Below are positions 35,348 to 45,160 of a stretch of 64,000 bases of DNA, in pieces. Made by a program: the position numbers and the translations under genes. Every line of letters starts with the position of its first letter. Position 1 is the first letter of the stretch. Under the pieces are notes generated by a model. It was not told where the DNA came from. It was given only the letters and a program-made list of their open reading frames with translations, and ran no database searches. The stretch comes from Devosia sp. (GTDB lineage Bacteria > Pseudomonadota > Alphaproteobacteria > Rhizobiales > Devosiaceae): positions 349,011 through 413,010 of the forward strand of contig NZ_CP075529.1 of assembly GCF_025809055.1 (NCBI RefSeq). The letters are read 5' to 3'.

Positions 35348-36688
35348 ATGGCCGATTTTGGTGAAACAGACCGTCAGGCGCCGCTGCGCATCGGTGTTGC
35401 CGGGCTTGGCAATGTCGGAGCGACTCTGGTGCGCATCCTGCAGAAGGATGGCGCCGAGCTGACCCGCAAGCTGGGTCGCCAGCTGGAAGTCGTGGCCGTC
35501 GCCGCCCGCTCGCGCTCCCGCGATCGCGGCATCGATATTTCGGGGCTCGAATGGTTCGATGATCCCGTGGCCCTCGCCAAATGGGACGGCATTGACCTGT
35601 TCGTCGAACTGATCGGTGGCGAAGACGGTCCCGCCTTTGCCGCCGTCAAGGCTGCACTGGAAATCGGCCGCCCTGTCGTCACCGCCAATAAGGCGCTGCT
35701 GGCCAAGCACGGTGTGACCCTGGCACGCCTCGCCGAGGAAGCCGGTGCGCAGCTGGGTTTCGAGGCTGCCGTTGCCGGTGGCATTCCGGTCATCAAGACC
35801 CTGCGCGAAGGCCTCGGCTCGGCCCGCATCGCCAAGGTCTTCGGCATCATGAACGGCACTTGCAACTACATCCTGACCCGCATGGGCAATGAAGGCATTT
35901 CCTTCGCCGATTGCCTCAAGGACGCGCAGGCGCTGGGCTATGCGGAAGCCGATCCGACCTTCGACGTCGAGGGTTTTGACACGGCCCACAAGCTGGCGAT
36001 CCTCGCCACACTCTGCTTTGGCTACGAAATCGCCCCGGACAAGATGCGTGTCGAGGGCATTTCCAATATTACCCAGCACGATATCCAGGTGGCCTCCGAG
36101 CTCGGCTACAAGATCAAGCTCCTCGGCATTGCCGAGCGCGTCGACAATGGAATCGAGCAGCGCGTGCATCCCACTTTCGTGCCCAAGGGCAGCGCCATTG
36201 CCGGCGTCGACGGGGTGATGAACGCCGTGGCTCTGGAAACCGACCACGTCCACGAACTGCTGCTTGCCGGCCCCGGTGCCGGTGGTCCGCCCACCGCCTC
36301 ATCGGTACTTTCCGACATTCTCGACATCGCCCGCGGCACCCGCGTGCCGCCGCTCGGCGTGCCCAGCGATGAGCTTCTGCCGTTTTCCGGCGCCCCGCTT
36401 CGGGCCCATGAAGGCGGGTTCTATATCCGCCTCAGCGCCAAGGACGTACCCGGTGCGCTGGCTGCCATTGCGACCCGTATGGGCGAGAAGGCGATCTCGA
36501 TCGACAGTGTCATCCAGCGGTCCGATCTCAGTGCGAAAACTTACGACGCGGATGGCTCGCCGACCCGCACCGTGGTGTTGATTACCCAGCAGACTTTGGA
36601 ATCATCGGTGCGGGAAGCGCTTGCGCAGATCGCCGCGGATGGGTTCATAGTCGGCGAACCGCAATTGATCCGCATCGAACAGCTTTGA
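35348..36688 (+). CDS. hom: Homoserine dehydrogenase (the frame is open and codon-biased upstream to 35141; see findings)
   Basis: LRIGVAGLGNVGA (NAD site), GIMNGTCNYILT, EADPTFDVEGFDTAHKL, and a C-terminal ACT domain. Confidence 0.9.
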   Translation: MADFGETDRQAPLRIGVAGLGNVGATLVRILQKDGAELTRKLGRQLEVVAVAARSRSRDRGIDISGLEWFDDPVALAKWDGIDLFVELIGGEDGPAFAAVKAALEIGRPVVTANKALLAKHGVTLARLAEEAGAQLGFEAAVAGGIPVIKTLREGLGSARIAKVFGIMNGTCNYILTRMGNEGISFADCLKDAQALGYAEADPTFDVEGFDTAHKLAILATLCFGYEIAPDKMRVEGISNITQHDIQVASELGYKIKLLGIAERVDNGIEQRVHPTFVPKGSAIAGVDGVMNAVALETDHVHELLLAGPGAGGPPTASSVLSDILDIARGTRVPPLGVPSDELLPFSGAPLRAHEGGFYIRLSAKDVPGALAAIATRMGEKAISIDSVIQRSDLSAKTYDADGSPTRTVVLITQQTLESSVREALAQIAADGFIVGEPQLIRIEQL

Positions 36689-36732
36689 CCTCCTCAAAAG
36701 GGGGCGTGACCACCCCGGGAGGAACCAGCACC

Positions 36733-37719
36733 ATGAAGTTGAGCAAGGCCGAAACCACCAAGGGTCCGGCCAACCTTCATCGCACCCTGACCCTCGAAAT
36801 GGTGCGCGTCACCGAGCGTGCGGCTATTGCCGCGGCGGCCTGGCGCGGCAAGGGCGACGAACGCGCGGCCGACGAAGCTGCCGTCAAGGCCATGCGCGAG
36901 GAGCTGGACCGCGTCCATATTTCCGGTCGCATCGTGATCGGCGAGGGCGAGCAGTTCGAATGTGACGAGCTTTTTGTCGGACAGCCGGTCGGCATGGGCG
37001 AGGGGCCTGAGGTCGACATCGCCGTCGACCCGCTCGAGGGTGTCACCCTCTGCGCCAAGAATCAGCCGGACTCTCTGGTGGTTCTGGCCATGGCCGAACG
37101 TGGCGGCCTGCTCAACGTGGCCCGCAATGTCTATATGCACAAGATCGCCATCGGCCGGTCCTATGCGCCGGAAACTGTGCATGTGGAGTGGTCGGCCACC
37201 GAGAACGTCAATGCCCTGGCCCGGGCCAAGGGCGTGCCGGTCTCCGAGATCACCGCCATCGTGCTCGATCGTCCGCGCCATGCCGGGCTCATCGAGGAAC
37301 TGCGCACCTCTGGGGCTTCGGTGAAACTGCTCAGCGATGGCGACATCGCCGGCGTCATCCATGCGGTCAACACCGAGGATACGGGCGTTGATATCTATCT
37401 CGGCTCCGGCGGCGCGCCCGAAGGGGTTCTGGCGGCTGCGGCTTTGCGCTGCATTGGCGGCCACATGCAGGGCAAGCTCATCCTCGATACGCCCGACAAG
37501 CGCCTCCGCGCCAAGGAAATGGGCATCGAGGACGCCAACCGCATCTACACCGTCACCGACCTGGCTTCGGGCGACGTGCTGTTCTCGGCCACGGGCGTAA
37601 CCGATGGCTCGCTGGCCGAGGGCGTACGCCTGCGTCGCGAAACCGTGGATACCTCCACGGTCGTCATGCGCAGCTGGAGCCAGACAACACGCTGGATCAG
37701 GGCCCGCCACGCGCGGTAG
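36733..37719 (+). CDS. glpX: Class II fructose-1,6-bisphosphatase
   Basis: LTLEMVRVTERAAIAAAAWRGKGDERAADEAAV, IAVDPLEG, and GGAPEGVLAAAALRCIGG. Confidence 0.9.
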   Translation: MKLSKAETTKGPANLHRTLTLEMVRVTERAAIAAAAWRGKGDERAADEAAVKAMREELDRVHISGRIVIGEGEQFECDELFVGQPVGMGEGPEVDIAVDPLEGVTLCAKNQPDSLVVLAMAERGGLLNVARNVYMHKIAIGRSYAPETVHVEWSATENVNALARAKGVPVSEITAIVLDRPRHAGLIEELRTSGASVKLLSDGDIAGVIHAVNTEDTGVDIYLGSGGAPEGVLAAAALRCIGGHMQGKLILDTPDKRLRAKEMGIEDANRIYTVTDLASGDVLFSATGVTDGSLAEGVRLRRETVDTSTVVMRSWSQTTRWIRARHAR

Positions 37720-37726
37720 CGAAGCC

Positions 37727-38017
37727 ATGGCAGAGAAGCGGTTTCGCTGGATGAGCGTGCCAGGGATGCTTGTTCTGATCGTTGGGTGCGCGATAATATC
37801 CAGTGACGATGGCGAAGAGAGAATTCGCCAATTCGTAGTATCGTCGGATATGGCAGATATTCATGCGGAACCCTCTTGGAGATCTACCGTGTTGGCGGAG
37901 GTCAGAAGAGGAACGCAGATCAGGGCCACGGGGCGATCTGGCACGTGGTATTCAGTTAGAATGCTGGACGGGACTGTTGGTTGGCTTTCGGCCAAGGTTC
38001 TCATCGCAGAAAAGTAG
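37727..38017 (+). CDS. Small SH3-domain (SH3_3-like) lipoprotein
   Basis: Lipobox LIVGC, then ...IRATGRSGTWYSVRMLDGTVGWLSAKVL. Confidence 0.5.
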   Translation: MAEKRFRWMSVPGMLVLIVGCAIISSDDGEERIRQFVVSSDMADIHAEPSWRSTVLAEVRRGTQIRATGRSGTWYSVRMLDGTVGWLSAKVLIAEK

Positions 38018-38056
38018 AGCGAACCTTCGAACCGGGCGCCCCGCCATGGCGTTGAG

Positions 38057-38287
38057 ATGAGCGGAGGAGCAAGCATGACCGATCGCCACCTTATTGTCTG
38101 CCAGCGCGACAACGCCTGGCTGTTCACCCTCAAGGGCACGATAACCGCGCCGTTTCAGACGCGCGAGGCGGCCGTGAAGGCGGCAATTGCCGAGGCCCGC
38201 GCGCAGGATGACCCGCAGATCGAGGTCATCGTGCAGGATCAGGACATGACGCAGGAAACCGTCTGGCGGCGTCAGGACGGCGAATAG
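38057..38287 (+). CDS. Small hypothetical protein (DUF2188-like)
   Basis: HLIVCQRDNAWLFTLKGTITAPFQTREAAVKAAIAEA... A possible start lies at 38075. Confidence 0.4.
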   Translation: MSGGASMTDRHLIVCQRDNAWLFTLKGTITAPFQTREAAVKAAIAEARAQDDPQIEVIVQDQDMTQETVWRRQDGE

Positions 38288-38346
38288 GCGTGCGCAGAGG
38301 GTCCGGCGGCCTTTTCAGCAGGCGGAAAATCCCCTAACCCTCGCTC

Positions 38347-40137
38347 ATGCCAGAGACGCAGCGCCCTTTTCTCGACGTTTCCCGCTCGGTGACCGGCCGC
38401 GCCTGGCAGGATCGTCTCGATCCGGCAACTGCCCGCATCGCCGGCGCCATCGCGCAACGGACTGAAATCCCCGACATTCTGGCGCGCATCATGGCCGGGC
38501 GCGGTGTCTCCATCGACGAGGCGCAGTCCTGGCTCGAACCCACCATTCGCGCCCTCATGCCCGATCCCTCGACCCTGACCGCCATGGACGCCCTGGCCGA
38601 GCGTCTCGCCAGAGCCATTGCCGACAACGAATCCATAGCGCTCTTTGGCGATTACGACGTCGACGGCGCCTGTTCCTGCGCGCTGATGGCCCGCTATCTC
38701 GGCCATTTCGGCATCGACGCGCAGGTCCACATTCCGGATCGGATATTTGAGGGCTACGGGCCCAATATCGCGGCCATGGACAAGCTGATCGATGCGGGCG
38801 CCAGCCTCATCATCACGCTGGATTGCGGCACCACCAGCGACGGTCCGATCGCACATGCGCGCCAGCGCGGCGCGGATGTTCTGGTGATCGATCATCACCT
38901 GGCCGATCATGACCTGCCGCCCGCCACGGCCCTGGTCAATCCCAACCGGCCGGATGACATTTCTGGCCTCAACTATCTCTGCGCCGCCGGCGTGACGTTC
39001 ATGGTGCTGGTCGCCGCCAACCGGGTGCTGCGGCAGCGCGGCGATACCGGCCTGCCGGATCTGCTGCAATTGCTCGACCTCGTGGCGCTGGCCACCGTGT
39101 GCGATGTCGTGCCGCTGATCGGGCTCAATCGCGCCTTCGTGCTGCGCGGGCTCGAAGTGGCGCGCCGTGGCGAAAAGCCGGGGCTGTCCTCGCTTGCCCT
39201 CGCGGCGCGGGTCAGCGGCCCGCTCAATCCCTATCACCTGGGCTTTCTCATCGGGCCGCGCATCAATGCCGGTGGACGCATTGGCGATGCTGCCCTCGGC
39301 ACAAGGCTGCTCACGCTGGACGACGATCATCAGGCCATGGTCATCGCCGCCCGGCTGGACGAGTTGAACAATGAACGCCAGCGCATCGAAGTCGAGGCGG
39401 TTGAACAGGCCACGGCCGTTGCCGAGGCCGAAATCGGCAGCGGGGAGGGGCCCCCGGTCCTGGTTCTGGCGTCGGCCGACTGGCATCCCGGCGTCGTCGG
39501 TCTCGTCGCTGCGCGTTTGCGCGAACGCTTCGAGCGGCCCAGTTTTGCCATTGCCTTGCATCCCGATGGCACCGGCACCGGATCCGGCCGCTCAATGCCG
39601 GGCGTCGATCTGGGCAGCGCCGTCATCGCTGCCGTCGAGGCCGGCCTCATCCCCAAGGGCGGCGGACACGCCATGGCGGCCGGTATCTCCCTGCGCCCTG
39701 GCGACCTCGGACCGCTGCGTGCCTTCCTGTCCGATCAGCTCGGCAGCAGCGTGGCCAGCGCCCGCGCCGCCACGGCCCTCAAGATCGATGCGGCGCTGTC
39801 CGCGCGCGGCGCCAGCCTTGATCTGCTGCACAATATCGAGCGCGCCGGTCCCTTCGGTGCCGGCAATCCCACTCCCACTTTCGCTTTTCCCGCCCATAGG
39901 GCCCGCTTCCCCCAGATCGTGGGGAAGGGCGGTCATATCAGCTTCTCCCTGACATCGGACGACGGCGCCAAACTCAAGGCCATCGCCTTCCGTGCGGCAG
40001 GCACAGCGCTCGGCGATACGCTGATGCGCGACGCTGATCGCCCGCTGCATTTTGCCGGCGGTTTGTCGATCGATCACTATCAGGGGCGCGAGCAGGTTCA
40101 GTTCCGCTGCACCGACATCGCAGCCCCCAGCGCCTGA
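38347..40137 (+). CDS. recJ: Single-stranded-DNA-specific exonuclease RecJ
   Basis: DHH motifs IALFGDYDVDGA, ITLDCG and VIDHH. DHHA1 motif GGGHAMAAG. Confidence 0.93.
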   Translation: MPETQRPFLDVSRSVTGRAWQDRLDPATARIAGAIAQRTEIPDILARIMAGRGVSIDEAQSWLEPTIRALMPDPSTLTAMDALAERLARAIADNESIALFGDYDVDGACSCALMARYLGHFGIDAQVHIPDRIFEGYGPNIAAMDKLIDAGASLIITLDCGTTSDGPIAHARQRGADVLVIDHHLADHDLPPATALVNPNRPDDISGLNYLCAAGVTFMVLVAANRVLRQRGDTGLPDLLQLLDLVALATVCDVVPLIGLNRAFVLRGLEVARRGEKPGLSSLALAARVSGPLNPYHLGFLIGPRINAGGRIGDAALGTRLLTLDDDHQAMVIAARLDELNNERQRIEVEAVEQATAVAEAEIGSGEGPPVLVLASADWHPGVVGLVAARLRERFERPSFAIALHPDGTGTGSGRSMPGVDLGSAVIAAVEAGLIPKGGGHAMAAGISLRPGDLGPLRAFLSDQLGSSVASARAATALKIDAALSARGASLDLLHNIERAGPFGAGNPTPTFAFPAHRARFPQIVGKGGHISFSLTSDDGAKLKAIAFRAAGTALGDTLMRDADRPLHFAGGLSIDHYQGREQVQFRCTDIAAPSA

Positions 40138-40162
40138 CATCGGAAAACACGAAACTTCCTGC

Positions 40163-40188
40163 TGATCCAACCCGTTGCTTGACCCGTA
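40163..40188 (+). promoter_or_regulatory. ECF sigma-E (ECF11, RpoE/ChrR-type) promoter
   Basis: TGATCC-N16-CGTA, 34 nt upstream of the ATG at 40223. The same motif and spacing occur in front of rpoE at 45809-45784. Confidence 0.55.
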
Positions 40189-40222
40189 TCCAAAGCGTCA
40201 TTCATCGGAGTAGCCCCTGCAT

Positions 40223-41557
40223 ATGACCCAATCGTCCATTGCCGTCATAGGCGCAGGTATCTCTGGCATGTCAGCAGCTTGGCTGCTTTCCCGGACTCAA
40301 AATGTCACCCTGTTCGAAAAGGGCCCCATCCTGGGAGGGCATACCAACACGGTCATGGCCCGCACGCCCGAGGGCATGGTGCCGGTCGATACCGGCTTCA
40401 TCGTCTATAACGAGGCGAACTACCCCAACCTCACGGCCTTCTTCAAACATCTTGGCGTCGAGACCACGCCATCCTGCATGAGCTTCGCTGTCTCCATCGG
40501 CGAGGGCCGCATGGAATATTCCGGCAAGCACCTGGTGGGCCTGTTCGGCCAGCGCCGCAACATCATCCGCCCGGAGCACTGGGCCCTGGTGCGCGATATC
40601 ATGCGCTTCTTCCGCGAGGCGGAAAAGCAGGTGGCCAAATGCCCCGAAGACATGTCGATTGGCGACTTCCTCAAGGCGCACAAATATTCCAATACCTTCA
40701 TCGAGGATCACATCCTGCCGATCTCGGCCGCCATCTGGTCGACCCCATCGCGCGGCATGCTGGATTTTCCCGCGAAGACATTCATCGCCTTTTTCGCCAA
40801 TCACTCCCTGCTCAAGGTCTCGGGCCGCCCGGTCTGGCGCACCGTCCGAAACGGATCGCGCAATTATATCGAGCCGCTCCTGCGCGACAGCCGTATCCAG
40901 GCCGTGACCAATGCGCGGATCGCCTCGGTTCGCCGTCACGCACAGGGCGTCGAAATCTACATGACCGACGGCACGCAGCGCCATTTCGATGAGGTCATCT
41001 TCGCCTGCCATGCCGATCAGGCGCTGGCCATGATGGCCGATGCCACCGATACCGAGCGCAAGGTGCTATCCGCCTTCCGCTTCACGCCCAATCGGGCGGT
41101 TCTGCACACCGACAAGAGCTTCATGCCAAGGCGCAAGCACCTCTGGTCGTCCTGGAATTACCTGCGCGGCGACGAGGGCGAGGACCAGTTGAGCCTCACC
41201 TATTGGATGAACCGCCTGCAGCCATTGCCCACAACGACTCAGCTTTTCGTTACCCTCAACCCGCACCGCCCGATTCCCGAGGATCAGGTGCTCTACGAAG
41301 CCAATTACGAACACCCGCTTTTCGACGAGCAGTCGGTCAACATGCAGAGCGAGCTTTGGCAGATTCAGGGTCAGAACCGCCTCTGGTTTGCCGGGGCCTG
41401 GATGGGCTACGGTTTCCACGAGGACGGCATCCAGGCCGGGCTCGAAGTGGCCGAGCGCCTGGGTTCTGCCACCCGGCCATGGGCCGTCGCCAACCAGCGC
41501 AAACGCATTGCGCATAACTGGGCCGGTGGAGACCAGCAGCTTTGGGCAGCCGAGTGA
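40223..41557 (+). CDS. FAD-dependent oxidoreductase (amine-oxidase/phytoene-desaturase fold; UfaD-like candidate)
   Basis: Dinucleotide-binding site IAVIGAGISGMSAAWLL...LFEK...GGH. Confidence 0.8.
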   Translation: MTQSSIAVIGAGISGMSAAWLLSRTQNVTLFEKGPILGGHTNTVMARTPEGMVPVDTGFIVYNEANYPNLTAFFKHLGVETTPSCMSFAVSIGEGRMEYSGKHLVGLFGQRRNIIRPEHWALVRDIMRFFREAEKQVAKCPEDMSIGDFLKAHKYSNTFIEDHILPISAAIWSTPSRGMLDFPAKTFIAFFANHSLLKVSGRPVWRTVRNGSRNYIEPLLRDSRIQAVTNARIASVRRHAQGVEIYMTDGTQRHFDEVIFACHADQALAMMADATDTERKVLSAFRFTPNRAVLHTDKSFMPRRKHLWSSWNYLRGDEGEDQLSLTYWMNRLQPLPTTTQLFVTLNPHRPIPEDQVLYEANYEHPLFDEQSVNMQSELWQIQGQNRLWFAGAWMGYGFHEDGIQAGLEVAERLGSATRPWAVANQRKRIAHNWAGGDQQLWAAE

Positions 41558-42339
41558 CATCCCCGATCGTTGAAGACATCGGCTGCGTATATATCGGCGA
41601 TGTCGTGCACAAGCGCGCACGGCCGAAAAAGCACGAGTTGCGCTATCGCGTCTTTTCCATGCTGCTCGACGTCGACCGGCTTGAATCGCTGGATGAGAAA
41701 CTGCGGCTCTTCTCCCTGAACCGATTCAACTTTGTGTCCCTGTTCATCCGCGATTTCGGCCCGCGCAACGGCACCAGCATTGGCGAGTTCATCCGCCACA
41801 AGGCGCGCGCTTCCGGCGTGACCGGCATTGCCCGTATCCGGATGCTCGCCTATCCGCGCATCTTCGGCTACGCCTTCAATCCGATCACCGTCTATTTCTG
41901 CGAAGACGCGGAAGGGGTGGTGCGATGTCTGGTCCACGAAGTGTCCAATACCTTCGGGGAACACCACTTCTATGTCTCGGCGGTGAGCCCCGCTGTGGAT
42001 GGAAAACTCCATCACCAGGCGCGCAAGGCCTTCTACGTTTCGCCCTTCAATACCATGGAAGGCAACTACCGCTTTTCCGTCCTGCCGCCCGGCGATTCCG
42101 CCTTTGTCGGCATCACCCTGTCCACCGGCGAGGGGGCCTTGCTCACCGCCTGGTTCAAGGGAGAACGGCGCCCGCTCACCGATTCCGGGCTTGCCAAACT
42201 GCTGCTTGCATATCCATTTTTGACCGCTAAAGTGGTCCTTGGCATTCATTGGGAAGCGATGAAGCTGCTTCTCAAAGGCTTGCCACTGACGCTGAAATTG
42301 CGGCGGCGGCTGCAAGCCGGCCGTCCCCTATCGCGATAG
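41542..42339 (+). CDS. DUF1365-family protein (UfaO-like candidate)
   Basis: YIGDVVHKRARPKKHELRYRVFSMLLDVDRL is a typical DUF1365 N-terminus. The start is probably the GTG at 41554, overlapping the upstream stop. Confidence 0.7.
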   Translation: MGSRVTSPIVEDIGCVYIGDVVHKRARPKKHELRYRVFSMLLDVDRLESLDEKLRLFSLNRFNFVSLFIRDFGPRNGTSIGEFIRHKARASGVTGIARIRMLAYPRIFGYAFNPITVYFCEDAEGVVRCLVHEVSNTFGEHHFYVSAVSPAVDGKLHHQARKAFYVSPFNTMEGNYRFSVLPPGDSAFVGITLSTGEGALLTAWFKGERRPLTDSGLAKLLLAYPFLTAKVVLGIHWEAMKLLLKGLPLTLKLRRRLQAGRPLSR

Positions 42340-42356
42340 TTGGAATAAGCGGCGCA

Positions 42357-43592
42357 ATGAGCAAAACAGCCGTAGACCAGTCTTCCTCCGGTCCCTCCCT
42401 GGGCACCCGTATAGCCTCCTGGTTCGTCGAACGCGTCGGCATGGCGCTGATCGGCCATCCCAGGGTCGGCGCGGTGACCGTGATCTTCCCCAATGGCCGG
42501 ACGCGCACCGCCGGCAACCCGTCGACCGGTGAACACGCCGTTCTCCGGCTCAACAATCTCCGCGTCATTTCCGAAGCCATGAAGCGCGGCACGGTCGGCT
42601 TTGCCTCGGCCTATATGAATGGCGATATCGAGGTCGATGACCTCACGGCGCTGTTCCGCTTCTTCCTGCAGAACCGGGACATGTTCGATCGCGCCAATCT
42701 CGGCTTCTTCCGCCGCGCCGCCTCGGATCTGCATTACCACCTGTCCCGCCGCAACACGCTGGAAGGCTCCAAGAAGAACATCGCCGAGCACTATGACCTG
42801 GGCAATGATTTCTACGGTCAGTGGTTGGACCCGTCCATGACCTATTCCTCGGCCCTGTTCACCTCCGGCAACCAGAGCCTCGAACAGGCGCAACTGGCCA
42901 AGTATCGGCGCGTCGCCGACATGGCCGGCATCACCGAAGGCTCCTCCGTGCTCGAAATCGGCTGCGGCTGGGGCGGCTTTGCCGAGACCGTCGCGCGTGA
43001 CCACAAGGCCCATCTGCGCGGCATCACGCTGTCCGCCGAGCAACTCAAATATGCGCTGGAACGCCTGGCCAGCCAGGGCCTCGACAGCCACGCCACCCTG
43101 GTTTTCGAAGATTACCGCCACACCGAGGGCCAGTTCGACCATATCGGCTCCATCGAAATGATCGAGGCGGTGGGCGAAGACAATTGGCCGAGCTATTTCC
43201 AGACCATCCATGACCGCCTGAAACCCGGTGGAACGGCGGCCATCCAGGCCATCACCATCAACGAGGCCGATTTCGAGGGCTATCGCAGCGGCCCCGATTT
43301 CATCCAGCGCTACATCTTCCCCGGCGGCATGTTGCTGACCAAGTCGGTGATGAAGGATTTTGGCGACCGCTACGGCCTCGTGCTCGAAAATGTCGAGACC
43401 TTCCGCCTCAGCTACGCGAAAACGCTGAAACTCTGGCGTGAGCGCTTCCTCGAGCGCTGGCCGGTCATCGCCCCCATGGGCTATGACGAGTATTTCAAGC
43501 GCAAGTGGGTCTATTATCTCAGCTATTGCGAAGCCGGCTTTGCCGAAGGCTCCATTGACGTCGGCATCTACCAATACCGCCGGCCAGCCTGA
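42357..43592 (+). CDS. Cyclopropane-fatty-acyl-phospholipid-synthase-like SAM-dependent methyltransferase
   Basis: NIAEHYDLGNDFYGQWLDPSMTYSSALF, SAM site VLEIGCGWGGFA, and C-terminal WVYYLSYCEAGF. Confidence 0.85.
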   Translation: MSKTAVDQSSSGPSLGTRIASWFVERVGMALIGHPRVGAVTVIFPNGRTRTAGNPSTGEHAVLRLNNLRVISEAMKRGTVGFASAYMNGDIEVDDLTALFRFFLQNRDMFDRANLGFFRRAASDLHYHLSRRNTLEGSKKNIAEHYDLGNDFYGQWLDPSMTYSSALFTSGNQSLEQAQLAKYRRVADMAGITEGSSVLEIGCGWGGFAETVARDHKAHLRGITLSAEQLKYALERLASQGLDSHATLVFEDYRHTEGQFDHIGSIEMIEAVGEDNWPSYFQTIHDRLKPGGTAAIQAITINEADFEGYRSGPDFIQRYIFPGGMLLTKSVMKDFGDRYGLVLENVETFRLSYAKTLKLWRERFLERWPVIAPMGYDEYFKRKWVYYLSYCEAGFAEGSIDVGIYQYRRPA

Positions 43593-43606
43593 TCTTACCC
43601 GCACAT

Positions 43607-43643
43607 AAAGAAAAGCTCCGGATCGCTCCGGGGCTTTTTCTTT
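43607..43643. terminator. Bidirectional rho-independent terminator
   Basis: AAAGCTCCGGA-TCGC-TCCGGGGCTTT with an A-tract on the 5' side and a T-tract on the 3' side, lying between convergent genes. Confidence 0.65.
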
Positions 43644-43689
43644 GGAACAATTTAGAGCGTTTCACCCGAGAACCGATCTATCGCCTCCA

Positions 43690-43737
43690 TCGCCCCCTCG
43701 CTCCTCAGGGGAGAGGGGCGGGGTGAGGGGTGCGCGA
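43690..43737. repeat. G-rich repeat, family B
   Basis: CGCCCCCTCGCTCCTCAGGGGAGAGGGGCGGGGTGAGGGGTG is about 85% identical to 32770-32813. Confidence 0.75.
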
Positions 43738-43756
43738 CTATCGGCCTCGCAAGCCA

Positions 43757-44506
43757 TCACTTCCCAACCATCTTGCCCGTCAGCCAGAAGAACACGGGAT
43801 AAGGCAGCCAGCGCACCGTCTTCATCAGCCACACCATCCGCTTTGGAAAGGCGATCTCGAACCGGTCCGAGCGGGTGAGCCCATCGACGATGCGCTCGGC
43901 CGCGTCGTCGGTTTCCATGAGAAACGGCATCGGAAAGTCGTTCTTGTCGGTCAGTGGCGATTTGACGAAGCCCGGCGCAATCATCCGGACCACAACGCCG
44001 CTTGGCCGCAACTCTGTCCGCATGGTCTCGAGCAGGTTGATCAGCGCGGCTTTCGTCGAGGAATAGGCCGCCGAGCGCGGCAAACCGAAATAGCCTGCCA
44101 CCGAGGCAATCACCGCCAGATGTCCGCCACCCTGCGCCTGCATCTGCCGGATGACCGGATTGGCGAGCCGGATAAAGCCGAGATAATTGGTGTCGACCAC
44201 GGCGTTGAACTTGTCAAAACTGTAGTCACCCACCTTCATCGGCTGCCAGGCCGCCGCCCCGAAAATGAAGAGGTCGATCCGCCCCAGATCACCGGCGATG
44301 CGGGCAGTCGTGGCCTCGCCTGCCTCTGCATCGGTCACGTCGAGCGGGTAGGGGCGAATGGCCGGATCATCCGAGGCGACGGCTGCCAGTTTGGCTTCGT
44401 CGCGCCCGGAGATGGCCACCGTCCAGCCGCGCTTTGCCAATAGCCGCGCCACGGCCGCGCCAATGCCCGAGCCGCCGCCGATGATCCAGGCAATTCCCGG
44501 TTCCAT
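43757..44506 (-). CDS. Classical SDR-family oxidoreductase, distal gene of the rpoE-chrR operon
   Basis: GGGSGIGAAVA (TGxxxGxG-type) and YSSTKAAL (YxxxK). It starts 3 bp after the chrR stop. Confidence 0.8.
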   Translation of the reverse strand: MEPGIAWIIGGGSGIGAAVARLLAKRGWTVAISGRDEAKLAAVASDDPAIRPYPLDVTDAEAGEATTARIAGDLGRIDLFIFGAAAWQPMKVGDYSFDKFNAVVDTNYLGFIRLANPVIRQMQAQGGGHLAVIASVAGYFGLPRSAAYSSTKAALINLLETMRTELRPSGVVVRMIAPGFVKSPLTDKNDFPMPFLMETDDAAERIVDGLTRSDRFEIAFPKRMVWLMKTVRWLPYPVFFWLTGKMVGK

Positions 44507-44509
44507 CGC

Positions 44510-45160
44510 TCAGATCCCGAAGAGCGGTTGCAGGGCGCGCATCAGACGCCCGCGGAATGTCAGCCGGGCATCGACGGCGACGAGGCATATGCAGTCGGGT
44601 CCCGGCTCGGCAATGGGCTGGTGCTCCACGTCCTCGTCATGGTCGGCGATGTCGCCGCGCGCAAAAAGCCCGAACCGGTCGCGATAGGCGCCGGAGAGGA
44701 TCAGTGTCAGTTCCTGGCCGCCATGGCCATGCTCGGGCACCTGCCGCCCGCCCGCTACCCGCAGCAGCATCAGCCGTGATTTGCCGTCACGGCCCCATGC
44801 CAGGTCAGCAGTGGCGACACCGGGCCCGGTCCATTTCCAGCGAACCGCCTCCATGCCGCCGGGCAGGTAGCGCCGCAGGGGCAGGGGGATGTCGTTGTCA
44901 TTGGCCGCCGGCGCAATCACTGCTGTCTCGGCGTCGTCGTCGAGGCGGTCCATGAGCCGGTCGAGCGCGCCGCTCGCCATGGGCGCTGCGCCTTCGGTCT
45001 CCAGAAGCGCCCCGCCGATAGTCTCGAGCTGCCGCAGGGCCCGGCGCCCGGCCTCCGACATGGCCAGATGGGTCGCGATCACGGTGGCATAGGGTTCTTC
45101 CAGCGCGCCGGCGCTGAAGGCCATCAGGGTTGCAGGGTCGGGGTGATGATTGATTGTCAT
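44510..45160 (-). CDS. chrR: Anti-sigma-E factor ChrR (N-terminal anti-sigma domain plus C-terminal cupin)
   Basis: MTINHHPDPATLMAFSAGAL... and cupin metal motif PEHGHGGQELTLIL...VEH. ATGA overlap with rpoE. Confidence 0.8.
   Translation of the reverse strand: MTINHHPDPATLMAFSAGALEEPYATVIATHLAMSEAGRRALRQLETIGGALLETEGAAPMASGALDRLMDRLDDDAETAVIAPAANDNDIPLPLRRYLPGGMEAVRWKWTGPGVATADLAWGRDGKSRLMLLRVAGGRQVPEHGHGGQELTLILSGAYRDRFGLFARGDIADHDEDVEHQPIAEPGPDCICLVAVDARLTFRGRLMRALQPLFGI

Noticed and set aside
31190-43604. Other long antisense ORFs (31190..32524, 35138..36253, 36694..37728, 38272..39561, 42246..43604) and also 16095..17237, 11785..13435 and 62990..63997
   Set aside because: Each fully overlaps a gene with clear family motifs on the other strand, and none shows recognisable domains. 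They are treated as GC-driven open frames.
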